Positions 46,985 through 59,400 of a stretch of DNA of 64,000 nucleotides are shown here, piece by piece (within the stretch, counting starts at the first letter, position 1; every line of letters begins with the position of its first letter). Source of the stretch: a virus. Under the pieces are notes generated by a model. That model searched no databases, was not told the origin of the DNA, and was given only the letters and a program-made list of their open reading frames with translations. The translations under genes were made by a program, and so were the position numbers. The DNA lies in the IMG/VR virus record IMGVR_UViG_3300005758_000578, positions 1-64,000 of that record; one strand, 5' to 3'.

Positions 46985-49900
46985 TAGCCACAAATTTCTT
47001 TTAATATTTCACCAATTGTATCTTCATCATATCCCATCTCTTCTAACATTTTAGAATTAATTGCAGATGCTGGATAAATATTACCATCAATCAAAGTTAC
47101 CTCTTTTTCTTTTACAACTTGATCCTCAGTATCAGGAGCACTATCTGGATCTTCTTCAAAGACTTGATTGATAGGTTGTACAGAATAAATATACTCTTTA
47201 AATTCCGGATCTTCTGCAAACACAGGATTTTTATATCCAAAGTTATAGTATAACTCTTTAAATAATTCCATGTAAGCTGCCTTATCAATATTAGGATCAT
47301 CATTTAAAATACCATAACCTTCAGTATTAAAGAGTAACGTTTTACCAGCCTCATATAATTCTATAAGAGAGGTAACCGTTTCCTCTACTAACTTCATGTT
47401 GTCAGCATTATTTGCAGCATTTAAATACTTAGGTTTACCAACAAATGATTCAAAAATAGGTAAGCCAATTGTAGTACCAGTTACTTTACTAGTATTACCT
47501 AAGTATGTATCTGAAGCAATAACATTAGTTCCGGTATTATCTTTAGCTTTACTATATACACCCACTAAGCCGGAATATCTATTTATTAACCCTACAGTGC
47601 GCATCTTACCATAAGAATAAGTATATACTCTAGGAGTTAAAGTTGAAGATGTTCCTTCAGGTAATTTAGGAATTTCATCGCCCATCTTTTCAATAGTATT
47701 ATCTACCACATAGTTTTTAAATCTATACTTAGTAATATTATTTCTAGAGTTCTGCTCATTAAACTTCTTATAGTATCTGTATAAAGCAGTATTACCTTTG
47801 TCACTCTCCAATACTTTAGTAAACTTATCAATGTTTTCTTTAATGATTTCTTTAAAGTTATTGCTAGATAAGATAGGAACAAAAGACAAGTATGATTTAT
47901 TCATACCGGACTGCATAAATCCAAAAATAGATAGCTTATTAAAGAACTCAGAAATCTCTCTATTAATAATAGGATCAGGATGCTTTTCTACATTTATATC
48001 TGATAATTCTTCAAACTGAGTATTCATATCCTCTAAGAAGTCAGTATCTTTTGTATCACCAGTTAAACGTAAATTTTTAATTGTTGCATTCTTAGTACCT
48101 GTCTTTATTTGTTGAGAATCATAAACAAGATAATCAAACAAGCTATAATCTCTATTTTCTATAAAGTTCTTTATATCTTCAAACTTATCTGGAAAACTAG
48201 TAGGACCAAAGAACATTGACTTAAGATTATATACATTATGTAATGCATCTTCAACAAGTCCTTTTTCATAGATATCCTCTGAAAAATCACCTCTATCTCT
48301 GGTAGCACGTAAGTACTCTCTCTCTAAAACAAAAGCAGTGTATTGTTTTTCAGAACTGAATAAAGGTATAACATCTGTACGTTTATCAAATGGTAACTTT
48401 GCTAAACCGGTTTCTTCATACTCAGCCTTAGAATAAGTCTTATTATTATATTCTTCACGTAGTTTAGCTCTATCTAAATAGATTTTACCTTCATAGTATA
48501 CAGCACTTCTTTTAAGACCCCTTACTTTTTCTACATCAATAGTATCACTTACAGCATATCCTTTATAATCTTTTACTGTGTTAATATCTACAGACCCAAT
48601 ACTATTTTGGATAATAAACTGCAGAAGATCATTTCTAAATAAATCCACAAATGAGTCTACATCTCCATACTCCTCACGAATAATATTGTAATTATTATTA
48701 ACTATATCAGTTAAATAAGTATTTATAGCATTACTTGCTCTTAATGGGAAGTAATCTTTAAATACATTTAAGATATAATCTTGTATAAAGAATGGAGCAA
48801 TAGAAGATTCATTCTCTAACTTAACTGTAATTTCATTAGGTAATCTACTACCTTCTTCTAACTGTTCTAACTTACTTAAACGACTCTTTGCTTGATATAA
48901 GTTACCAGACTTTTTAGTATCAACGTTAGTAGAAGAAGATATTTCCCGCATTACTTGCGCCTGATCTTCTATTTCTAAGAAATGTATAAATGCTAATTTA
49001 GCTAATGGACTTCTCTTGTATTGTTTTTGTACAATCTCTTTTATATTATCATCAGAGATAGCATAAACATTATAAGCTTTGGTCATAATGTCTACGGCTG
49101 CAGTTAAAGATTTTTTAGAACCTAATGGATTCTTTCTAGTATTTGCATTATATAGTTGCTTTAGTAAGAAAGGATCTTTTAATCTCTTCTTTAACTCACG
49201 TTTATCATCTTCATCAAATATACCATACTTGTCAATTACATACTGTTTGGCTTTAAACTTTAAGAAACCAGGACCTTTAGCACTATCTCCAGATGTATCT
49301 AGTGATTTAGTATACATACCATTTAATACTCGGTATGTAGATATATATTCTTTAATTAAAGGTTGTGATAAGAAATATGCAGCTGTTTTAACATCAACAC
49401 CAGCTTGTAACATGTATAACAAAGTAGGTATTAACTCATAAATAGCATTCATATCAAATACCCATGAATCTTTTTCAATATCCACCCAACCGTTCATAAG
49501 CTGAGAGATTACATCAGAGATATAAACAGCTGAATCTTTAGAGTTAAGATCTGATAAAGATATCTTACCGTCCTCTGTTTTATTATGTTTAAACAAAATA
49601 CGATTCTTAGCAGTTCTTTGTTTTCCTTTATTATCTAAGAAATTGTATGTCTTATCTAAATATGCACCAACACGGTTAAGAAGTACTGAGTATTTGTTTG
49701 ATACAGCACCAATACCCAATGTTAATTTACCAATGTTATTAGATTCATGCTTATACAAGTTATTTTCTGTCTCAAACATTCTTGTTGGAGAAACAGTAAA
49801 GGCAGAGTCTTGGAACTCAGCTTTAGCTCTTGGGTTATAGTCTCTATTAAACTGTGCTAATTCATCTGCAATTGGTTTAACAATATCTGTTTCGTTAGGA

Positions 49901-52900
49901 GTAATAAGCTGAACAAAGTTTTCCTTAATCTCCATTATACCAATCATAGACTTGATGATCTCATTCTCAATACCTCTTATCGTACTATCATCTGCAGTCA
50001 TACTAGCTTCTTTGTTAAATACCTCATCTAATAACTGCTTATAAGTACTTTCTTGTATTGTATCAGTAGTTTGACTAATGCTTATATTAGGCATTAGAAT
50101 ACTTAACTTATCAATATCAAAGTCACCACCAGATTTAGCAACTAGTTCAGTTGGAACAATTACAATAGATCCGGCTTCTGCAGGTAAGAATTCACCAACC
50201 TCCATGTATTCAATAGAGTTAAGACCTTGTACAGGAATACGTACACCCACCATTCTGATAGTTTCTACATTAAGATCTCGCCATTGCTTGTCTTTCAACA
50301 TCTCATTGAGTCTCTCTAATGTACCTACCTTTTTACCATCAACATGGGTTGTTAATAAAAGCTTTAAGAAATCACCTTGTAATGCAACTTTTACTTGCAT
50401 TGGTGTAATCTTACCATTTACTACATCATAAAAAGCAAGACCATTAGTACCATACTTTAATAGATCTTCTTTAGATGGATTAGTAAATTTAGGATTCTCA
50501 AATCCAGAACTAGATACTTGCACTAGCTGCTCACCTTTTACAGTAGGTCTTACAATTTTTCTTTCAATAATTGAAACCAACTGCTTCTCAATAGTATTAG
50601 AGTTAATAATACTATCAAAATCATACTTTAAACTACCATCTTCATTTACGTCTAAAATATCCATTTGATGTTCTGGAACTTCTAAACGCACTAATTCTTT
50701 CTGAATAGCTTTAATTAAATCTTTTGGATCTCCTTTAATTAACTTACCATCAGCACTAAATTCTAAACCTACCTCTTTAAATAACTTCTGCTTATAGAAC
50801 TTTACATAATTATCAATAGCTTTCTCATATCGTTCTACAATTGATTTATATTCTTTCTTAAGAGGTTTACCATTAGCATAAAGGTTTGTCTCAATGATAG
50901 TACGTAACTGAGAAGATAATGTAACCTTGCCTTTAAAGTATGGAGCAATGTCTAACTGATTCTTAAAGAAGTTTAAGTTAATACCATTTATAGCATACTC
51001 ACCTGTATACAAAGTACGCTTTGTAGCATCAGTATACATGTTAGGAATAGTACCATCTTCTAATGTAATATTAGAGATCTTACTGCCTGACTTAAATAAA
51101 GCATATGATATACCTTGCTCAAGCAATTGTTTATGGAACTGTTCTAAGTTTGTACCTTTAATAACTGTAGGAATTAAAGGCATTAATGAAAACTTATGTA
51201 ATCCAGAAGCATTTAATTTTTCTGTCTTTAAAGGACCATAGTAACTAGCTTTAAGTACCGGAAAGAATTCAGCTACTTTTTTAGGATCTACGGAATCAGG
51301 ATTATTAATAACATCATTGTATAAATCTTCCTGTATATCAGACCATTTATTTAAAGATCTTAAATAGTTCCGGTAGAAATCAAATGTAATCCAACCTTGA
51401 CCGTCACCTTCTGTAATCTTCTTATAAGGTTTTAAAATCTTCTCTGCTCTTTCTTCAGATACACCAAGACTAACTAATAACTGTTTGTAATGTGAATAGT
51501 ATACTGACTCTGGTTCTATATCATTAAGAACTGTAGTTTTAATAGCACTATCAAATCTTAACTTAGGTAAACCTTCTTTCTCAGCATATGTATTATTACT
51601 TGTATTATTTAAGTAATCAATTGTATAGTTATCTAGAATAGCAAAGTCTCCGGTAGATGCAATAGATGCATTACGTTTAGGGAATTCTTCTTTTTCATGA
51701 TTAAACTGAGAAGCATCTCCATAAAATAACTGTGTTTCAAAATTATTAAACCATGAGTTATAGGTGTATACTTCATTTATTAACTCTAATTGAGCTTGAG
51801 GATCATTAGCATATTTATTAGTTTTATCTAATCCTTTACCAATTCTAGTTTCTTCAGCAATTTTAGTTCTAATCTCAGGACTTAATAATACACTTCCAGT
51901 AACAGCACTAATTTGAGTCCAGATCTTATAATTAGTTCTAATCTGATTATTAAAATACTTACCTGAATCTTTTTTAATATCCTTCTCTAATTCTTCAGAG
52001 TAAACTATATCATCTATAGATTCTGCATTATCTACTAATTCATACAGTTTAGCTTTAGTAGCAGCAGATAGTACTGAATCAAAAGCCATGATTTTAGTAC
52101 CATTCTTTTTAAAGCTATCTACATTCTGTAAAGAAGGAATGTTTTTGATATACCAAATTCTTTCTAATTCAGCAGATAAATAATTTAAAATAATAGGCAT
52201 TGCAGAATCATGTCCATATCTAGCTACATCTTTAATAGGTACTATTAAATTATCTACTCCGGCTTCACCATAGTACTTATTCATACCAACACCATAAGAA
52301 GAACTCTTACTAGCATGTCTGGGAAGTTCTGGTGTCTTACCTAAGATGATAGCATGTACATCAAACATAAACTTATCATACTTATTAAGCTTGTTAGTCT
52401 TAATACCTTCAACAGTAATACCATTAAAGTCTCTACGAACACCACTTAAGTTCTCTAAACTAAGAATAACATCCTTTCTTCTATTACCATTAGAATCAAA
52501 AAGAGATTTCATAATATAAGAATGTTTAGAATAAGGATTAATATCCGGATGATATGCTCGTAAATAATTAAACTGAGGATCTTCTAACATATCACTTAGT
52601 TTAGTGACCTTATTAAGACCATCAATAATCTGACTTAAAGAGTTTCTTAAAGATGTTTCATACTCCATATTACCTTCAGGATTCATAATACCAGTGCTAA
52701 AATCACTAGAACTATATTTTGCTTGAAGGGTTAAAATTTTATTTACATATCCTGATTGATTACCTTGCTTAGGATCTCTAAAGAACTTAATAGGATTAGT
52801 AATTATAGTTTTATTTTCTTTAGCTTTTTTTAATGCTTCTATTAAATAATCAAAAGCAATATAAGTTTCCTTACTCTTTCTATCTAATAAAGCATTCTCT

Positions 52901-55900
52901 AATGCTTCTCTTAAAGTTGGGTTATCATCTAAATAAAAACCTACAGCTTTTAAAAAGTCAAATACATTAAGTTTATTAATTGATGAAAAGTCTTCAAATA
53001 CCTTATCTATATTCAAGATAGGTGTTGATCCCTTCTTTCTAATTACATACTTAGATCGGTTAGTTAAAAATTTAGAATTAAAACTATTAACAATTTTTGT
53101 TGTATCACTAGTAGCTCTTTGAATATATGTAGAAACCTTAGTTGATGCAGATTTATCTTCCTCTTCTTCAATAGATGTAGAAAGTCTGTGTTCTATAATA
53201 GGTGTTACAGTTTTATTAAATGTTTGAGCAAATCCTAACCAACGTTTAAAATTAGCGTTATTAGTTTGAGATTGTTCAGGATCTCCTAATTTAGCAATTA
53301 ACTGAGCTGCTTCTGGAAAACTTTCTTGCAATCCAACTAACTTAGTATAGATCTCATCAAATGTATTTGAGTTAATTAAAGTTTTAGATATTGTACTCCA
53401 AGCTTTACCAAATTCAACAAGTTTATTAAAACCTAATCTATTCTTAATAGGTTCCCCATTTGCTTTTACTTGATATAAACTCTTAACCATATAAAGAGCT
53501 TGTTTAGAAGCTAACTCTTTTAATGATTTATCATTACCTGAACGGTCAAAACTATCTACTCCTGGATCTGATTTGTCTTCTTCTGCTTCAAGAACTTTTG
53601 CTTCAAAAGCTAAGTATTTAGATTTTTGTCTATGATAAGCAATAACACCTGACTTTTCTTTACCGGAAATAACATTATCTAAATCACCAAAGTTATTAAT
53701 AGCATACTCTAGTATCCGGATATTGTTTCTATCTATAGTATTTACACCATCAGGATCATTCTCAACCCTAGCAATTGTATCATTTAAAACATCTTGAAAA
53801 TACTGCTTAGTATTTTTATATAAGAAGTCTAATGCTCTTTTATCACTATAGATTGCTGAAATATTTAATCCAGTAGCATTAATAATTTCTGAGAAAGCAC
53901 CATCAACTGATTCATTAATTAATCTGCTATCAGATAAACTGATACTGGGTTCTTCTTCATTTAATGGATCTATACCTCTGTATAAGTTACCAAACTGCAT
54001 GTTCTCTACAGAGTAAGCATACTCAAATAGATTACCCAATCTTAAGTTATCATATAACTCTTTTACTAATGGTACAACAGTAGGATCTACAATATCAGTT
54101 TGACCGGTGAAGAAAGCTTTTACAATACGCCATAATTTCTGGAAGATACTTTCATTAGGCTTAACAAGAATTTTCTTACCATCAGATAATACATAACCTC
54201 TGAAGTCCTCAGCCAAGTATTCTTCTACTTGCTTATCAGTTGCATTAGCTAAATACTTAACCCCTTTTCTTACTGAATCATATAAACTTTGCTTTTGATC
54301 CTTTGTTAATAGTAACTGTGAGAATGCATGCCATGCTTCATGATATAAAGTAGTGTAATCTTTATTACCAGCTTTTGTAAATAATGTAATACCGCTAGAA
54401 CTAAATAGTCCTAATGCATCTGAGTTAGTTAAAGCAATTGCTTCATTAACCGGGATCATTGTAGAAAGCTTTACTTTCTCACCATCTACCATAACCTCTA
54501 AAGATCCATACCAGTCTTTAATCTTTTTAATCTCTTCAGGTGTAGTATTTACAGGTTTAAATCCGGCTCTCTTCAAACTATTGTTAATCTCATTAACAAG
54601 GTCCATATCAAATGTACCTTTAAAACCAGAAGGTGTAGTATTTACATTCTGATTCTTAATAATAGTTTTAGGTTTGGCTTTTACTTTAGTTTTAGTTTTT
54701 TTACCCTCTTCTTCAACTGGTACCTCTTCTTCCTTTTTCTCAGTTGGATACATTTCTTCTAATGCATCAATAGTAAATTCATACTGCAAACTGGGGTTAA
54801 AGGTTTTAATGGTACCATCATTACGCAACACGGTAAACACTACAGTATTCTGTCTTACAAAATCATTATAATCAATCTTAGTCTTTGTAAATTTGCCTGA
54901 CTTATAATTAGGTAAATCTATCTTACCATCAATATTATCTTTTGATATATTTATATAAGCGGTAGCTAACTGTTCTGCTATAAAATCTTCATCTGCTAAA
55001 TCCGGATTTTCAGAATCATATATTACATCCTTATCTGAATAGATACTTAAAATTGGTTTCTTATTAGTGTCATCGTAACTAATATTAAAAGTACCGTCAT
55101 TAACGTTATAGATATTCTCCAGTATACCAAATTTTACAGCATTTGATACTTTAGGATCCGCAATAAGTTTTGCAAGATTCTTAGCTAATTCATTAGATGT
55201 CTTAGTAGGAAATACTTGTACAAGATCTCCAAACTTATCTAATTTTAAAAATGTTTTACCAGAGTTGTCAAACTCTATATTACTAATAGTATCTGAAGTA
55301 ATGTTACTTACCTCAGTTAATTTAACCGGTGTATCAGATAATAAGTTAAAGCCAGATCTACCACCAACTATCTTTAATGGTAAAGCTAAACTCTTATTAC
55401 CTATAAAGGTTTTAATAAATTTATCTACTAACTCTACTTCTTTAGCTCTTTGATCCTCTAATTGTTTTCTTAAAACTTCTACATCTGGAATTTCCACTCC
55501 GGCTCTAGCAGCTTTAGCAATAGTTCTTTCTACTAGTTCATCTATAGGTGCAAGACTAGTCTCACCATTCTCTACAAATATGAACTCTCTTTTACCCTTA
55601 TTAGTATTAGGAGTGATGAAATCAGTTACGGGAATAATAGCACCTTCTGCTTCATCTTGACCTTCAATATTTGTAATATAACCTCTACTATTTACAAAGA
55701 TTTTCTTGTATCCATCTTTAGTAAAAGTAGCAAAAGATAACTGCGTAATTCTACTACCTCTAGATGTAATTGTATCAGTAGGAATCATATAGATACCTTT
55801 GATTTTAGTACCATTAGATGCAGTTATCTCTATTTGTTCAGCACTATCAAGATTTAGTTTACTTAGTCTATCTAGAATAGAGCGCATAAATGCATAGGTA

Positions 55901-56430
55901 GCAATCTTTTCAGGATCTGGATCTGCCTCACCTGTTAACTCACCTTCTTCATTTACCTCTTCTTCTTGACCAGTAGTAACTAAACCAGTAGTATGTTTTG
56001 CCTGGAATTCTATATCACTACTTAATTGTGTAGCTCTCTCTAATTGAGAACTAATAATCCCGGCTTTCTTTCTTACTTGCTCTAGTCTTTCTGGACTTAA
56101 TTCTTTTACTGCAAGATATTTTTCTACAACTGTAATATCTTCAAAGCTATCTCTAAGATCTAAAATATCATCAGTACTAATTTGATTATCTCTAAAATGC
56201 TTACGAATATTAGGATTCTTATTAACTATAGTGGCAATAATTCTTGGAACCAATTGTATGTAAGTTAATCCTAAACTAGTATCATTACTAGCAGCAACTA
56301 CTTGCTCATAAAATTGATTAATATAATCTTTTAAATTATAGGGTGTTTTGTTATCTGTAATAACAGATAAGTCTTTAAAAACTTTAGCGTAAAACTGCTG
56401 CTGTTGTAATGCGGATAGTGAACAATTCAT
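46984..56430 (-). CDS. Virion-packaged RNA polymerase (crAss-like, double-psi beta-barrel)
   Basis: 3148 aa; catalytic GGDFDIDK, upstream RIPVQG and EGDGQGW; zincin-like LYHEAWH. Confidence 0.88.
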   Translation of the reverse strand: MNCSLSALQQQQFYAKVFKDLSVITDNKTPYNLKDYINQFYEQVVAASNDTSLGLTYIQLVPRIIATIVNKNPNIRKHFRDNQISTDDILDLRDSFEDITVVEKYLAVKELSPERLEQVRKKAGIISSQLERATQLSSDIEFQAKHTTGLVTTGQEEEVNEEGELTGEADPDPEKIATYAFMRSILDRLSKLNLDSAEQIEITASNGTKIKGIYMIPTDTITSRGSRITQLSFATFTKDGYKKIFVNSRGYITNIEGQDEAEGAIIPVTDFITPNTNKGKREFIFVENGETSLAPIDELVERTIAKAARAGVEIPDVEVLRKQLEDQRAKEVELVDKFIKTFIGNKSLALPLKIVGGRSGFNLLSDTPVKLTEVSNITSDTISNIEFDNSGKTFLKLDKFGDLVQVFPTKTSNELAKNLAKLIADPKVSNAVKFGILENIYNVNDGTFNISYDDTNKKPILSIYSDKDVIYDSENPDLADEDFIAEQLATAYINISKDNIDGKIDLPNYKSGKFTKTKIDYNDFVRQNTVVFTVLRNDGTIKTFNPSLQYEFTIDALEEMYPTEKKEEEVPVEEEGKKTKTKVKAKPKTIIKNQNVNTTPSGFKGTFDMDLVNEINNSLKRAGFKPVNTTPEEIKKIKDWYGSLEVMVDGEKVKLSTMIPVNEAIALTNSDALGLFSSSGITLFTKAGNKDYTTLYHEAWHAFSQLLLTKDQKQSLYDSVRKGVKYLANATDKQVEEYLAEDFRGYVLSDGKKILVKPNESIFQKLWRIVKAFFTGQTDIVDPTVVPLVKELYDNLRLGNLFEYAYSVENMQFGNLYRGIDPLNEEEPSISLSDSRLINESVDGAFSEIINATGLNISAIYSDKRALDFLYKNTKQYFQDVLNDTIARVENDPDGVNTIDRNNIRILEYAINNFGDLDNVISGKEKSGVIAYHRQKSKYLAFEAKVLEAEEDKSDPGVDSFDRSGNDKSLKELASKQALYMVKSLYQVKANGEPIKNRLGFNKLVEFGKAWSTISKTLINSNTFDEIYTKLVGLQESFPEAAQLIAKLGDPEQSQTNNANFKRWLGFAQTFNKTVTPIIEHRLSTSIEEEEDKSASTKVSTYIQRATSDTTKIVNSFNSKFLTNRSKYVIRKKGSTPILNIDKVFEDFSSINKLNVFDFLKAVGFYLDDNPTLREALENALLDRKSKETYIAFDYLIEALKKAKENKTIITNPIKFFRDPKQGNQSGYVNKILTLQAKYSSSDFSTGIMNPEGNMEYETSLRNSLSQIIDGLNKVTKLSDMLEDPQFNYLRAYHPDINPYSKHSYIMKSLFDSNGNRRKDVILSLENLSGVRRDFNGITVEGIKTNKLNKYDKFMFDVHAIILGKTPELPRHASKSSSYGVGMNKYYGEAGVDNLIVPIKDVARYGHDSAMPIILNYLSAELERIWYIKNIPSLQNVDSFKKNGTKIMAFDSVLSAATKAKLYELVDNAESIDDIVYSEELEKDIKKDSGKYFNNQIRTNYKIWTQISAVTGSVLLSPEIRTKIAEETRIGKGLDKTNKYANDPQAQLELINEVYTYNSWFNNFETQLFYGDASQFNHEKEEFPKRNASIASTGDFAILDNYTIDYLNNTSNNTYAEKEGLPKLRFDSAIKTTVLNDIEPESVYYSHYKQLLVSLGVSEERAEKILKPYKKITEGDGQGWITFDFYRNYLRSLNKWSDIQEDLYNDVINNPDSVDPKKVAEFFPVLKASYYGPLKTEKLNASGLHKFSLMPLIPTVIKGTNLEQFHKQLLEQGISYALFKSGSKISNITLEDGTIPNMYTDATKRTLYTGEYAINGINLNFFKNQLDIAPYFKGKVTLSSQLRTIIETNLYANGKPLKKEYKSIVERYEKAIDNYVKFYKQKLFKEVGLEFSADGKLIKGDPKDLIKAIQKELVRLEVPEHQMDILDVNEDGSLKYDFDSIINSNTIEKQLVSIIERKIVRPTVKGEQLVQVSSSGFENPKFTNPSKEDLLKYGTNGLAFYDVVNGKITPMQVKVALQGDFLKLLLTTHVDGKKVGTLERLNEMLKDKQWRDLNVETIRMVGVRIPVQGLNSIEYMEVGEFLPAEAGSIVIVPTELVAKSGGDFDIDKLSILMPNISISQTTDTIQESTYKQLLDEVFNKEASMTADDSTIRGIENEIIKSMIGIMEIKENFVQLITPNETDIVKPIADELAQFNRDYNPRAKAEFQDSAFTVSPTRMFETENNLYKHESNNIGKLTLGIGAVSNKYSVLLNRVGAYLDKTYNFLDNKGKQRTAKNRILFKHNKTEDGKISLSDLNSKDSAVYISDVISQLMNGWVDIEKDSWVFDMNAIYELIPTLLYMLQAGVDVKTAAYFLSQPLIKEYISTYRVLNGMYTKSLDTSGDSAKGPGFLKFKAKQYVIDKYGIFDEDDKRELKKRLKDPFLLKQLYNANTRKNPLGSKKSLTAAVDIMTKAYNVYAISDDNIKEIVQKQYKRSPLAKLAFIHFLEIEDQAQVMREISSSTNVDTKKSGNLYQAKSRLSKLEQLEEGSRLPNEITVKLENESSIAPFFIQDYILNVFKDYFPLRASNAINTYLTDIVNNNYNIIREEYGDVDSFVDLFRNDLLQFIIQNSIGSVDINTVKDYKGYAVSDTIDVEKVRGLKRSAVYYEGKIYLDRAKLREEYNNKTYSKAEYEETGLAKLPFDKRTDVIPLFSSEKQYTAFVLEREYLRATRDRGDFSEDIYEKGLVEDALHNVYNLKSMFFGPTSFPDKFEDIKNFIENRDYSLFDYLVYDSQQIKTGTKNATIKNLRLTGDTKDTDFLEDMNTQFEELSDINVEKHPDPIINREISEFFNKLSIFGFMQSGMNKSYLSFVPILSSNNFKEIIKENIDKFTKVLESDKGNTALYRYYKKFNEQNSRNNITKYRFKNYVVDNTIEKMGDEIPKLPEGTSSTLTPRVYTYSYGKMRTVGLINRYSGLVGVYSKAKDNTGTNVIASDTYLGNTSKVTGTTIGLPIFESFVGKPKYLNAANNADNMKLVEETVTSLIELYEAGKTLLFNTEGYGILNDDPNIDKAAYMELFKELYYNFGYKNPVFAEDPEFKEYIYSVQPINQVFEEDPDSAPDTEDQVVKEKEVTLIDGNIYPASAINSKMLEEMGYDEDTIGEILKEICG

Positions 56431-56434
56431 ATTA

Positions 56435-59400
56435 TTAACAACCTATATTATTAAAGAAATCATTATTTACATCTTTCTCAGACTTATTATTAGTCTGATC
56501 TTCAAGCTTTTTAGTAGCTTCTTCGTTATCTAAGAAGTCATCTATATTTTGTGAGTTGGTCTCAATAATCTTCTTCTCTTCTGCTGAAGGAGAAGGAACA
56601 TCTTTAGTACCAACTACTACATTGGCTTCTGTATCGTATAATGATTTTACCATTTTTGAGAAATCTTTCTTTAAAACTGTAATGCGTTTATTAGCATCTT
56701 TTGCCGGAGTCATACGCTCACCATACAAAGGTACTACAACTAATTTAGTACTTGTAACTTTCTCAACCAAACCAAACTTATTATCTCCAAATACTAATAC
56801 ATCTCCCTTTTTAACATTCTCATATTTTACAGACTTACTTAACTCTTGTTTACGAGACTCAATTGCTTGATTAATAGTATCAATATTAGTTGGATCTTCA
56901 GCTAGTAAATCTAAATCTAATTCTTCTAACATAGTATCTAATTCACTAAGTGACTTAGCTTTACTAATTGTATCTAGGATTGGTTGTAATGGATCAGTAA
57001 CTACTTCAGTTTCTGTAACTGGCTGTTCTAAAGCAACTAGTTCTGCGTTATATTTTACATCATCACTTTTAATGCCTACATCCATTTTACCAAACTGGGT
57101 AGTATAAACACTTACTACACTACTAAATCTTGAACTGGTAGGTGCTCTTTTTACTTTTATTACTGTAATCCTTGAGTCATCATCTAATCCTTCAAATATT
57201 TCTGCATAATCCTCGTCTAATGGAAACTCTTCTTTAAATTCTTTAAGAGTCATTGATTTACCTCCCAGTGTCTCAGTAGTATCTCCAACATTTGCTTCAT
57301 ACTCTGTGACACTTACTAATGTACCATCTAAATCTGTAATAGAATTAGTCTGACTTACGGTTCTTGTTTGACCTTTTCTATTTCCTTTTTCTACAATTTC
57401 AGAAGATATTATTTTTGTAGTTCTTTTTTCTATATTAGCTCTAGCATCTGTAGGTTGAGTAGAAGTAGGTTTAGCAGGTTCAGCTTTAGGTGCTTCTGCT
57501 GGTTTTGCTGGAGCTTTCTTTTCATTAAATGCTTTAACGTCTGCAGCATTCTCAGGATCTTTAAAGAACTTACTAATAATTCTTCTAACAGATGCTGTAC
57601 GTAAAAATCTATCTAATGGTAATTCATCTTCTCCATCAGCTTCTCTAGCAGAATTTTGTTGAGCTAATGCGGATCTGATTAAACCTTGTAGCTTAAGTGG
57701 TAATCCATTAAACTGTTTAACTGATTGAATTAAAGGTACACCCTCTTCTTGTTGAATCTCATCGGATACTGCAGGTTGCTCTTCTACTACCTCTTCTTCT
57801 GTAACGACTTCTTCAACTGGAGCTTCCTCTGTTTTTTCTTCAGTTACAATACCATCAAACTCGTTAATGATATTAAAGATGAGTAAAGACCTTGGATCAG
57901 TTTTATCAAACTCTCTATCTGAATTAAAATCTATAAATACTACATCTAGATCATTAATTACAGTCTTTACAAATTCGTCATAGTCTTTACTTACATCTTT
58001 AGGTAAAGAAGATAATTTTATACCAAAACCTCTATCAGCTAAAAACTGAATAAAGTCTCTAAGTTTTACAGAGTTAATGAAAGCCTTTCTAGCTTTTTGC
58101 ATATAGGCTACTTGTTTTTCTTGCCTATACTTTTGCTGTTCTATAAGTCTATTTACATAATTATAGAAAGTTTGAGGATCATATAATGAGTTTAGATTTT
58201 CTGTAAATATATTTACATCATCTGCTAACGAATAGTAATCCGTTACAATATTATAAGCTTCTTCAGATTGACCTTTAGAGATAGTTGTTCCGGCTTCCTG
58301 AGCTAGAGTATTGAAGTACTTAACAAAAGCATCTTTTAAAAATCTTTTATTCTTTAACTCTTGAGGATCAGATACATCTCCAACTTTTTCAAGATTTGTT
58401 TTATATAATTCTAAAGCTTTCTTCTTAGCTTTTTTATAGTTAAGAATCTTTAAAGTTTCTTTGTCTGTTGAACCAGTTAATGATTTGATTTCACTATCTA
58501 ATAAGTCTAACTCTTGTTCAAGATTATTAGAGTTTAATAAAGGTGTGATATCTGAATATGTTAACTTACCAATTGTACCAATAGCAGTAAGTCTATCGGT
58601 AAGATCACCCATTCTTTTTTGGGCCTGTTCTCTACCATGTAAACTAAATACAGCAACTTTTCTTGCCTCTTCAAATGCTTTATAGTTTATTACTTCTTTA
58701 ACATATGCATCTTTAGTTTCAGGATCTGATAGATTAGTTCTTCTAAATTTATTAGGATTAAAAGGATTTTTATAATCTGAAAATTCTTTATACTGTTCTT
58801 TAATTTGCTTAGCTCTTTCAATACTAACATCTAATATTTTTAAAGCTTGTTCATCAGTTACATCTTCAGTTAAATCAAAGGCTTGCTTTAATTCATCACC
58901 CTTCATATCCTTTAAATTCTGTAACTTTTCTATTAATAGATCAAACTTACCAGATTCTAATGCTGTATAGATACTGTTAAATCGGGCCATATCTTTTAGA
59001 TCATGGAAGGCTTTTTCATCAAAGTTCTTCCGGGCTTCTACCATATCTGTACCTAATCTAACTTGTGTTAGTAGATCTTCAATATCTAAGGTTAAAACCT
59101 TCTGACCATTCTTAATAGCATCATCTAATTCGCTAACTATATTTTTAAATCTTTCTTGTTCTGCTTTATATAACTGATTGTACTTTTCAGGATCATTCTT
59201 TATATAGTTATAATAGATATTAGAACCTGCTCTTCTTGATACGTTAGCTAAATTACCAGCAATACCAGTAAGACCACCCATTAAGAATCCTGATGCAAAC
59301 ACTTCAAGACCTTGCATAGATGCTTGTTTCTTAGTATTCTCATAAGCATCAGCTAAGTAGATCATAATACCTCCAGCTTCTGGAGTATCATATAATCTAT

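Noticed and set aside
41742-58685. Short + strand ORFs inside the giant - strand genes
   Set aside because: They are antisense shadows with no motifs, fully nested in long coding genes.
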